The notes under the pieces were generated by a model, which was not told the origin of the DNA, made no database searches, and worked only from the letters and a program-made list of their open reading frames with translations. From positions 800,001-864,000 of the forward strand of contig OY970208.1 of the NCBI GenBank assembly GCA_963713865.1: a stretch of DNA of 64,000 nucleotides. Direction: 5' to 3'. Made by a program: the position numbers and the translations under genes. Positions 30,983 through 40,134 of the stretch are shown here, piece after piece. Each line of letters starts with the position of its first letter. Position 1 is the first letter of the stretch. This DNA comes from an uncultured candidate division Zixibacteria bacterium (lineage in GTDB: Bacteria; Zixibacteria; MSB-5A5; RBG-16-43-9).

Positions 30983-32025
30983 TATTTTAGTCTCTGCGAT
31001 ATGATTTTTGCTGTTTTCACTAATGCTTTAAGCGCTTCTGCCAAATCCCTCTTTTGTTTGATTTTCAAGGCTCCTATAGTCGTCTCGGTGTAATCATTTA
31101 ATGCCCTTAATAGACTAGCAATAGTATTAATCAATTTTCGAGGGGAAAATACCGGTTTTTGCATTTCTTCTGGGAAAAGAGATATATACTGTTCTCGTGC
31201 TTCCGAAAAAGTAAACGATCTATCTTTGACAAATTCTAAAAGAAGGTTTTTTGCCTTCGCAGCTTGATTCCTGTCTCTTCTTCTCTTTGTTAAGATACCG
31301 GCATCCCTTATTTGTTCAGCGCGGTCCACAAAACCAGCCGTAACTTTTTCGAACAATGCTTTTCTAATGTCATCAGGAGAGAATTTATCTTTTAACTCAG
31401 GGAAATTGCGGAAGGCAGGCTCTACTATTTTTTCTTCTATCTCAACTGCATAGCTGTAATAGCTTCTGTTCAGTTTATCATAGATCTGGTTTCTCAGGTA
31501 TTGCGGCCATCTAAGAAATCTCACCCTACTCTCGGCGGTCTCTTGGTCCATACCAGTCCTTACAGTTAGTTGTTTTATAAGCTCTTTTTCAACGTCAGTA
31601 TCTGGCGTACATGCGACTCTAATCTGCTCCTTTATTGAGGCAACTATTTTTTCTAAAGCCCTTGCTTGTTCTAGTGTGTCCCATCCTTCTTGGTTCATGT
31701 GTATTTGAAACATTGTAGTAAGAATATCAATGTGTCCACCCGGAGGTAAAACATATGCCGGTATTTTATCTCGATTGGTAGCAATTGCTGCTTTCCATCT
31801 CCGTTCGCCATCTATGAGCTGATATTTTATTTTACCTTCTTCTGTGGGGAGCTTTTTTATGATTATTGGTACTATTACGCCATATTTCGCAACTGATTCC
31901 TTCAATCGTAGGAAGTGTTTGTCCTTAGAGAAATCCTCATTCCGTGGATTCTCGTGACTTGGCTTAATATGTACTGGCGACGGCCACTCAAGTTTGCCGA
32001 AAATGTCTCCATTGCTCATATTCAT
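30982..32025 (-). CDS. ParB/Srx N-terminal domain protein without a partner ParA
   Basis: NPR...L-x-ESV-x3-GVIVPI...YQLIDGERRWKA. Confidence 0.88.
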   Translation of the reverse strand: MNMSNGDIFGKLEWPSPVHIKPSHENPRNEDFSKDKHFLRLKESVAKYGVIVPIIIKKLPTEEGKIKYQLIDGERRWKAAIATNRDKIPAYVLPPGGHIDILTTMFQIHMNQEGWDTLEQARALEKIVASIKEQIRVACTPDTDVEKELIKQLTVRTGMDQETAESRVRFLRWPQYLRNQIYDKLNRSYYSYAVEIEEKIVEPAFRNFPELKDKFSPDDIRKALFEKVTAGFVDRAEQIRDAGILTKRRRDRNQAAKAKNLLLEFVKDRSFTFSEAREQYISLFPEEMQKPVFSPRKLINTIASLLRALNDYTETTIGALKIKQKRDLAEALKALVKTAKIISQRLK

Positions 32026-32159
32026 TCCTTTATTAATGCCTTTTTGGCTGAATCTGTTTTTTGTTAATTTAAATTTCTTGCTACCTTTTTATTGTATGCC
32101 ATTCTCTTTCATAAATCAAGCCCTTTTTTTCAAAATTCCAGCCCTAATTTGAGAACTGC

Positions 32160-32270
32160 AGGTGTGAATAGCGTGTAGCGAGCACCACCCCAGCTTGAAA
32201 TCACAATTTGTGATTTCAAGTTTTTGAATTCACTATCAGTCAGCTGAAACATAAAATCATCGGGAAATCT
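32160..32270 (-). pseudogene. Remnant of an ORF6N-domain DNA-binding protein gene
   Basis: Translates to RFPDDFMFQLTDSEFKNLKSQIVISSWGGARY; contains palindrome CTTGAAATCACAATTTGTGATTTCAAG at 32194-32220. Confidence 0.75.
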
Positions 32271-32271
32271 T

Positions 32272-32613
32272 TTATTTTAAATTCTTGAGAATCTGACTAA
32301 TCTGCGGTTTGATCTTGGGTATTCTTTTCTTTATTGTTTCCCAGACGAGTTTATAATCCACTCCGAAGTAAAAATGAATTAATCTATCTCTCATTCCTGC
32401 CATTTCTTTCCAGGGAACTCCGGGATGAGCCTGTCTTATTTCATCCGGGATTTGCTTGGTGGCTTCTCCTATGATCTCGAATTTTCGGATAACTGCGCTT
32501 ACTGTTTTATCATCTTTTTTAAATCTTTCAAAATCCATTCCCCGCACAAACTTCTCGGTGCTTTCCATCGCCTTTAAAATGTCTTTCAGATAAAGTTTAT
32601 AATCTCTTTTCAT
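32272..32613 (-). CDS. HepT-like HEPN RNase toxin (DUF86)
   Basis: EIIGEA, PWK[17 protein letters not shown] (RxxxxH). Confidence 0.92.
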   Translation of the reverse strand: MKRDYKLYLKDILKAMESTEKFVRGMDFERFKKDDKTVSAVIRKFEIIGEATKQIPDEIRQAHPGVPWKEMAGMRDRLIHFYFGVDYKLVWETIKKRIPKIKPQISQILKNLK

Positions 32614-32900
32614 AAAGAGATAGCCTCCTTTAATACCGATTTCTTAATCTCTCCTCTTAACGCCCTCTTTGGAACAACATCTACTTTTCGCTTGAGCTTT
32701 TCTTCCAGGAATAGCGCCAGCCCGGAAAGGTCGAAAAGGTCAGCGTGCTCTTCGAAATCCACCAGGATATCAATGTCACTGGTCTTCGATTGTTCGCTTC
32801 GTGTCACTGAACCAAATAATTCTATCTTTTTAACCCGGTATCTTTTCAATTCTCCTTTTATCCCTCTTAGAATTTTGATAATTCCCTCTTTAGATTTCAT
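32610..32900 (-). CDS. MNT nucleotidyltransferase antitoxin
   Basis: LFGSVTR-x6-SDIDILV; 4-bp overlap with the HEPN gene. Confidence 0.92.
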   Translation of the reverse strand: MKSKEGIIKILRGIKGELKRYRVKKIELFGSVTRSEQSKTSDIDILVDFEEHADLFDLSGLALFLEEKLKRKVDVVPKRALRGEIKKSVLKEAISL

Positions 32901-33051
32901 TGTCCACCGACTGGTTAAAGGTTTAATAGATTTATAATCTTAATCATTGTTCTGTGGCTATATATTTTAATCTTTTGTTCCGGACAGAGCATTATTTTAA
33001 ATATCTTGTATTTTATCCTATTCCCTATCAGAAATCAAGTTCTTTTTTACC

Positions 33052-35685
33052 TCAAAACTCCAGCCCCATTCTGAAATAGAGCTTATCGATTTTCTTCTGT
33101 GCTCTTCCGTAGGCAAGTTCGATCGGTCCTATGGGGGTTGAGACAGAGAGGATGGAAAGGATTGAATTTTTTAAATTCTTCAGCTTGATCGACTCTAAGT
33201 TAGGCCAGGTGTTTCCGGAATCGTATCTCAGGGTAAAATACCATCTTTTAAGGAACTTATATCTTAATCCCAAGTTGAAGTAGAAAAGCTTATCCCCTTT
33301 TAGCTCCTGTTCATAAAAACCACCTAAGGTTCCAAACCCGCCTAAGACAAACTTCTCATTTAAGGGTAGGTCGCCATCGGATAGAGCGATAGCTATTTTC
33401 GGATGGAAATTCAATTTACTGCCTAAGGGGAAATAGGATTCTAAAGAAGAGAAGAATTTCCTGTAGCTTAAGCTCCCTCCGAGAATTTTCCCGGCTAATT
33501 CTAAACTGAGATGGTGATACCTGCCTTTATCCGGGAAAGGAAGCTTGTCCAGATCGTCCACTATGGACCTGAAGGTCAAGCTGGTAATCTGGTAGTCGTT
33601 TTTTAAGCTTGTGCTTTCAAATTCGGTTTTAACTCTCTCTATCTTCCCTTCTAAAGAAGCTTTGCCCAATCTTGAAATCTGCTGTCCAAAAGAGAAAAGA
33701 GCTCCCCTTCTTTTTTCGTCAAAGGAATCTATCTTTTTATGTTCTGAGTATATCCTTCGCTCTTCCCTCTTTAAATAAAGGTTAAGTTTATAAGTCAGGT
33801 AACTTTTGAAAATCCGGTCAGCTTTGAAATTTAAACTGTAATCTTCCTTCTTTTTACCATATTGCAGGTGAGTGAAGATCTCATTCCCGATTCCAAAGAT
33901 ATTGTTATCTCCGAATTCAACAAACCCCTCAGTATAATATTCATCGTTGTAATGAGCCCCTCCCCTTAAAAAAGTGAACTTTTTCTCCTGCAGGTTAAGT
34001 TTTAAAACCTTACCATCTTTTTCGGTTGACACTTTTAAAAATATCCCCTCAAAAAGTCCGGTGCTGTAAAGATTAGAAAGCCCTTTTTCGATTTTCCTTG
34101 AATTGTAAGGACTGCCAGCCCGAAGGGGTAGATTCCTAGTCACCATCCAGTTTTTAGTCCTTTTGTTCCCGGAAAGCTCTATCTTAGAGATAATCCCCTC
34201 ATCTATCTCCACTTTTAAAACTCCACCCAGGGAGTCATATTCTATTTTTTTGAAATGAGCCAGGGAATAACCTGAATTTTGATATGATTTAAGAATCTGA
34301 TTTAATTTTTCCTGAAGGACTTGGCAATTCATAACCTTCTGGGAAGGGAAAAGGATTTTCTCCTGCAGCTCTTTTGAGCTGAAAAGTTTGTTACCTGAAA
34401 AATCTATACTATTGAAGGGCGGGTTTTCGCTGAGATGATAAATCAAGAAATAATCCTGGCTGGATCTGGAAAGCTCAGCCTGAACCTCCTTGAAATAACC
34501 TGAGGAATAAAGCTCTTTCAATTCAGATTTTATATCTGACAAAGATACTTTATCTCCTGCTCTTATTTTTAAAATATCTTTAAAAAAACCAGCTGTTAAG
34601 ATTTTGTTCCCTGAAATTTTAACTTCACCAATAGGATAAAGAGAATCAGGGGAAAATCCGTTAGAGGCGGATAAAAGAGTTTTCAACTCCGAGATTAAAC
34701 TATCCGCTGTCCGTTCTCCAATTTTGATAAGCTCGTTTGCTTTTTCAAAATCGATTGAGGAGTAAGAGGAAAGGTCCGGTGAAATTACAAAATCGGCTTT
34801 TTTCAGCTCCTGCTCTTTTCTCTCCAGGGTCATTATGGATGTAGATTGATTGGCAATATCTAACGGGTCTTTGATCTGGGATGAAGATAAAAGCTCGGAG
34901 GAGGTGTTGATGGCAATTACGAAATCTGCCCCCATATTTCTGGTCACCTGAACCGGAATCGGATCAACCAAACCCCCGTCCACTAAAAGCTTCCCCTCCA
35001 GCTCCACCGGGGTGAAGATTAAAGGGACAGCCATAGTAGCTCTCAAGGCTTCAGAAAGGTCACCTTTGCTTAAAACGATCTCCCGACCTGAGACCAGATC
35101 TGTAGTTACTGCCCGGAAAGGTATTTTAAACTTGTCGAAATCTGAGCCTGCTTCGAAATTTGCCTGCATGGTGAGCTGGGTAAAAAGGTTGGTCAGCTTC
35201 TGGCCTGAGGTCAGGGCTTTAGGGATTGAGGGTTTCAGCCCTTTAAAGTAGATTTGAAAAAGATATTTCTCACTTTCCTCCCTTTGTGAAAGAAGTAAAG
35301 AAAGACGGGGAGGGGTATCGCTGAAAAGGTCCTGCCAGTTGGTCTCCAGAACAAGTTTCTCCAAATCCCTGGCTGAATAGCCACAGGCGTAAAGTCCTCC
35401 GATTACTCCACCCATGCTGGTTCCTGCTATAAAGTCAACCGGGATTTTTTCATTTTCAAAAACCTTTAAAAACCCTATCTGGGCAAGGCCTTTAGCACCG
35501 CCGCCAGCAAGTGCCAGCCCTATTTTTCCATTATAATTTGAAAGAGGGAAAGGGTGAAAAAGCTCCCCCGGCTTTAATTTGTTTTCTTCAAGCCTAATTA
35601 CTATTTTCCCTTCTTCCGCAGATAAGCTTATCGCCAGAGAAAGGATTAAGAAAAAGCAAGAGAGAGTTTTTTTAAGTAGAGGCAT
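33052..35685 (-). CDS. Patatin-POTRA-Omp85 barrel protein (type Vd / PlpD-like)
   Basis: Signal peptide, GGGAKG, GTSMG and DGG motifs; several POTRA repeats; barrel ending in F. Confidence 0.9.
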   Translation of the reverse strand: MPLLKKTLSCFFLILSLAISLSAEEGKIVIRLEENKLKPGELFHPFPLSNYNGKIGLALAGGGAKGLAQIGFLKVFENEKIPVDFIAGTSMGGVIGGLYACGYSARDLEKLVLETNWQDLFSDTPPRLSLLLSQREESEKYLFQIYFKGLKPSIPKALTSGQKLTNLFTQLTMQANFEAGSDFDKFKIPFRAVTTDLVSGREIVLSKGDLSEALRATMAVPLIFTPVELEGKLLVDGGLVDPIPVQVTRNMGADFVIAINTSSELLSSSQIKDPLDIANQSTSIMTLERKEQELKKADFVISPDLSSYSSIDFEKANELIKIGERTADSLISELKTLLSASNGFSPDSLYPIGEVKISGNKILTAGFFKDILKIRAGDKVSLSDIKSELKELYSSGYFKEVQAELSRSSQDYFLIYHLSENPPFNSIDFSGNKLFSSKELQEKILFPSQKVMNCQVLQEKLNQILKSYQNSGYSLAHFKKIEYDSLGGVLKVEIDEGIISKIELSGNKRTKNWMVTRNLPLRAGSPYNSRKIEKGLSNLYSTGLFEGIFLKVSTEKDGKVLKLNLQEKKFTFLRGGAHYNDEYYTEGFVEFGDNNIFGIGNEIFTHLQYGKKKEDYSLNFKADRIFKSYLTYKLNLYLKREERRIYSEHKKIDSFDEKRRGALFSFGQQISRLGKASLEGKIERVKTEFESTSLKNDYQITSLTFRSIVDDLDKLPFPDKGRYHHLSLELAGKILGGSLSYRKFFSSLESYFPLGSKLNFHPKIAIALSDGDLPLNEKFVLGGFGTLGGFYEQELKGDKLFYFNLGLRYKFLKRWYFTLRYDSGNTWPNLESIKLKNLKNSILSILSVSTPIGPIELAYGRAQKKIDKLYFRMGLEF

Positions 35686-35836
35686 CTTTTATCTATAAAG
35701 GTTTTTTTACTAAAACCCTTTGGATTTATTTTAATGGTTTGAGAAATAAAAAGCAAGATTATCTTTTTTAAATCTGAAAATCAGAAATTAGTGAGAGTGG
35801 AAGGTCCACATTGTTCACAATGTGGGCCTGTCGAAC

Positions 35837-35909
35837 TGTCATTGCGACCCCGCCTCTGGCGGGGGAAGCAATCCGTTTACTTTGTAGGGATTGCTTCTTC
35901 GCAATGGCA
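35837..35909. repeat. TGTCATTGCGA...GAAGCAATC / GATTGCTTC...GCAATGGCA REP-like element with nested CCCCGCCTCTGGCGGGG
   Basis: Inverted arms directly visible. Confidence 0.65.
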
Positions 35910-35983
35910 TTACAATTTGAAATCAGAAATTGACAAAGGGATATAAATTATCTATTTTATCCAAAAATATCTGGAGAAAATCT

Positions 35984-36784
35984 ATGCAGGAACTATCCAA
36001 AGAAAAACTCAAACAGCTTTTAAAATTGAAGACTGAGAAGGGGAGGGAAAAGGAGGGAAGGTTTTTAATCGAGGGTCTGCGCCTGTGCGAGGAGGCTTTT
36101 TTTTCAGACTGGGAAGTTGAGCTTCTGCTTTTTCCCTCAGAGTATGTTCAGTTCCTGAAAGCTAAAAAACTCATGCGGGAATTTCTAAAAGAAAAAAGGG
36201 AGATACTCGTTCTGAGCAACCAGGATATGAAAAAGCTAACTGATACCCAGACACCGCAGGGGATATTTGCTGTTGTGAAAAAGAAGGCGTTCACTTTAAA
36301 TAAAGATTTTCTTAAAAAAGCTTCACTGCTTGTTGAGTTGGACAATATCCGGGACCCGGGAAACCTGGGCACGATTATAAGGACAGCAGATTCAGCCGGC
36401 GTAGACGGGATATTGCTTTCAACCGGCTGCGTGGAGCTTTACAATCCCAAAGTTATTCGCTCGACCATGGGGTCGATTTTTCATCTGCCGGTAATTGAAA
36501 AATTAAAGCTTAAAGAGATTATCCCGGAGCTCAAAAGCTCTGGATTCAAAATCTTTGCCTCTGAGGTCCGGCAAGGAAAAGATTATACGAAATTGAATTA
36601 CCCTGAGAAAATCTGTCTTTTAATCGGAAGTGAAGCTGCGGGGATACATAAAGAAATATTGAATTTGGCAGACGAGAGGATAAAAATCCCGATCTATGGA
36701 AAAGCAGAATCTTTAAATGCTTCTGTGGCTGCAGGGATTTTATTGTATGAGATAATTAGTAAGAAGAAAGGAAACTTCTATTAG
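35984..36784 (+). CDS. TrmH/SpoU-family RNA 2'-O-methyltransferase
   Basis: DPGNLGTIIRTA, GSEAAG and ESLNASVA. Confidence 0.93.
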   Translation: MQELSKEKLKQLLKLKTEKGREKEGRFLIEGLRLCEEAFFSDWEVELLLFPSEYVQFLKAKKLMREFLKEKREILVLSNQDMKKLTDTQTPQGIFAVVKKKAFTLNKDFLKKASLLVELDNIRDPGNLGTIIRTADSAGVDGILLSTGCVELYNPKVIRSTMGSIFHLPVIEKLKLKEIIPELKSSGFKIFASEVRQGKDYTKLNYPEKICLLIGSEAAGIHKEILNLADERIKIPIYGKAESLNASVAAGILLYEIISKKKGNFY

Positions 36785-36819
36785 TAGAATAACGTAAACT
36801 CGAATAACCAGGAGGTTAT

Positions 36820-39232
36820 ATGTCTAAAAAAATAATATTCTTCTGCACATTATTACTTTTACTTTTTTCTACTACTCTGGCTGAGATAAAACCTTCACCC
36901 ACTGAAGGATTTTTTCTTCCTTATAATTCAGCCGCATATTCTGACGATGCCCTGGCTTTAAAACTCAACCCAGCTAACTTAGACTGGAACAGGGGATTTC
37001 AGGGGTATTTTCTGCATACTCACTCAGATTCCAGTTTCACGGGAGATTATGCTTTATTTTTATCTGCAGGAGGTTTGGGGTTTTCTGCAGAGTGGCTGGG
37101 GAATGAGATCAAGCCTAAATACAGAAAGTACACCTTAGGCTCAGGATTTAAGATTGTGAACGGATTTTATCTAGGCTCAAGCTATTCCTGGTTTGGCTCC
37201 AAAAATAAAGATTATAATGACCTGTCTTCCTGGAACGCGGGTTTTCTCATCCGACCGTTTTCTTTTATCTCGTTAGGTGGAGTAGCTAAGGACCTGAACC
37301 GTCCCTTTTTCAAAGGCGAAAAAACCAATATCTCTTTTGATCTGGGTTTAGCCTTTAGACCCATTGGCGACAGGATTACTTTATCCGTGGATGGGATGAT
37401 GGATGAGAAGGATAAAGCAGAGGATATCAAAACCAGGTATCAGGTGGCAATTGAGCCTTTGGACGGATTAATCCTTTCCGGAGATATGGATGACGAAGGT
37501 AATTACGGGGTAAATTTCAGAGTCAACTTCCCTTTTTCGGGTTTTGGCTCTTACCATGCTGTTAATAAAGACCAGGAATATCAGAAAGGGGTGGTTTACT
37601 GGAATTTCTCTGGTGAAAGGTATCGAACCTTTTTACAGAGAAAGGACAATTTCTTAGAATTGAAACTTTCCGGAAAAATTGAGGAGGAGAAAAGTTCTGG
37701 ATTCTTTTCTAAAAAGAAAACCACTCTCCTGGATATTGTTCAGGATATTGAAAGGGCAAAAAAAGATAAAAGAGTCAAAGGACTGATTGTCAAACTCGAT
37801 TTATTGAATGCTGGTATCGGTAAAATTCAGGAGCTTAGAGAAGCTTTTCTCGATTTCCGGAACAATGGAAAAACAGTGGTCTTCTTTATGGAAGGTGGAA
37901 GTAATAAAGAGTATTATCTGGCATCATCAGGAAATAAAATAGTAATGCTTCCTACTGGATATTTAGATTTGACCGGGATTTCTGCTGAAGTGACCTTTAT
38001 CAAAAAAACCTTGGAGAAGTTAGGAATAGAAGCTGATTTTGAACATATCGGGGATTATAAGTCCGCTTCAGACCTTTTAACCAGGGACTCTATGTCAGAA
38101 GCTCACAGGGAGATGATGAACTGGCTTTTAGATGACCTGTATAAACAGATAACCGAAGATATTGCTCAGCAAAGAGGAATAAGTCAGGAAGAGTTAAAAA
38201 CCAGGATCGATCAGGGACCCTATTCTGCTAAAGAAGCAAAGGAGAAAGGTTTGGTGGATGATTTAGCTTATTATGACCAGATAGACCAGATTATCAAAGA
38301 CCAGATCGGTGAGAAACCACATACGTTGAGTTTTGGAGGATATGCCAGGGAAGAAAATTACAAATATGACTGGGGGATTCCTCCAAAGATAGCAGTCATT
38401 TATGCCACTGGTTCGATTATGTTCTGGTGAGAGCGGAAACAACTTTTTCCTGGGGAAGATGATGGGCTCTGAGACCATTGCCCGGGCAATCAGGAAAGCC
38501 AGAGAGGATAGAACTATCAAAGCCATCGTCTTCAGAATAGATAGCGGCGGCGGTTCAGGCATAGCCTCGGATGTTATCTGGAGGGAGATAATTTTATGCA
38601 AGGGTAAAAAACCTTTTATCGTCTCTATGTCAGATGTGGCCGGCTCAGGCGGATATTTCATCGCCTGCCCGGGCGATACCATCATAGCAGACCCGGGAAC
38701 AATAACCGGCTCGATCGGCGTGATCTCCGGGAAGTTTAATCTCAAAGGGTTATATGAAAAGATAGGATTTTCTAAGGAAGTATTAAAAAGAGGTGAGCAT
38801 TCTGATTTCTTCACCACCACCCGGGGATTTACTGAGGAGGAAAGGAAGATGGTTAGAAAACTGAACAAGGATTTTTATGATGATTTTGTAAACAAGGTGG
38901 CTGAAGGAAGAAAGATGAGTTTTGATGCGGTTGACCAGATCGGCAGAGGCAGAGTCTGGACCGGAAACCAGGCTAAAACAAACGGGCTGGTGGATGAGTT
39001 GGGCGGTATAAAACAGGCAATCGAAATCGCAAAAATAAAAGCAGGGATTAAAGAAAAGACTTTAGTAGAAATAGTTACCCTGCCCAAGAGATGGAGTTTC
39101 TTTGGCTGGGATTTTGAAGAGGCTTTCTCCTTTTTAGGCTCAAAGAAGGTTCTGAAAGACCTTGAGAAGTTAGAGGAATTTAATCAGGAGAAGGTTTTCT
39201 ACCTTATGCCGTATGAGATTGAGGTGAAATAG
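36820..39232 (+). CDS. sppA: Signal peptide peptidase SppA (S49) with N-terminal beta-rich extension; frameshift at about 38422
   Basis: YYLAS, GDYKSA, RIDSGGG, GSGGY, TGSIGV and GRVWTG; removing one T restores GSIMSGES. Confidence 0.88.
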
Positions 39233-39339
39233 CAATAATCAGTTCGTAGTGCGAGGTTTTTAGAATATGTAAGGGCACATTGTAATGTGCACCTACTATT
39301 CAAATAGAAAAAGTGAAATGCCATAAAGAGGTTACTTTT

Positions 39340-39906
39340 ATGAGAAGATTGAATGTGTTTACGTCGGTGATAATATTTTTACTCCTTGCTTTTTCCTGTT
39401 CCAAACCTCCTGCTGACCTTAAAACTAAACTGGCTGAGTGGAGAAAGGGGGTTTGGGTTTTGCAGGACGGGAGCTATGCCATTTATACTGACACTCACTA
39501 TTTCGTTCTGGTTGCCTCAGGAGATAGCAGTTCGCCGAACATCTATTGCGGGGCTTCGCAGATTCAATATCATAATAAGGGGATGGCAAGAAAACAGATA
39601 ATCCGGGTTCGGCAGTTTCCAGGCAGCAAACTAACCTTCTTTCAAAAAGTTGTGCTTCAGCCTGATACCACCGAAACTCCTTTGGAAGTAGATTCTACGC
39701 AGTTTGCTCCTAATACCTGTAACATCAAAGATGGGATTATCTATGATTCGATTACCGAGGTGAAGGACGACTATATCCTCCTTAGCACGTGTAACGGTGA
39801 CCAGGAGAAGATTTTCTCAAATGGCGTTTCAGTTTATCTTCCTGCAGGAGGCGGCGCAGCTTATTCCTTCAGGATTGAACGGTTTAATGTTTCAAGAAAG
39901 AATTAG
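39340..39906 (+). CDS. Hypothetical lipoprotein
   Basis: Lipobox-like LAFSC after a hydrophobic signal; GAGG RBS. Confidence 0.7.
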   Translation: MRRLNVFTSVIIFLLLAFSCSKPPADLKTKLAEWRKGVWVLQDGSYAIYTDTHYFVLVASGDSSSPNIYCGASQIQYHNKGMARKQIIRVRQFPGSKLTFFQKVVLQPDTTETPLEVDSTQFAPNTCNIKDGIIYDSITEVKDDYILLSTCNGDQEKIFSNGVSVYLPAGGGAAYSFRIERFNVSRKN

Positions 39907-39913
39907 AAATTGC

Positions 39914-40117
39914 TTGACTATTTTTTTAAAATTATTATCCTGTTTAAAAAGGAGTAGTATCTTGTGAAATAAACCAATAGACAGCTTTATTATTCTTAAA
40001 TCGAGTTTTTCTTCCGGGGTCTATTGGTATATTCGTTTATATTAAAATCTGGGTCAAACTAAAGTTTGACACTCCAGCTTAACACAAAGCCGAGGAGAAA
40101 ACTCTTTCGGCTTTTTT
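39914..40117 (+). promoter_or_regulatory. Leader/attenuator of the ABC-F gene: promoter, MK uORF, alternative hairpins, terminator
   Basis: TTGACT -35; AAGGAG then GTG AAA TAA (39964-39972); ACCAATAGAC/GTCTATTGGT stem; terminator AAAGCCGA...TCGGCTTTTTT at 40086-40117. Confidence 0.7.
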
Positions 40118-40134
40118 ATTTGAGGAGAGAATCT

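Noticed and set aside
30982-32025. Chromosome or plasmid partition locus
   Set aside because: No parA, replication gene or parS-like palindrome seen nearby.
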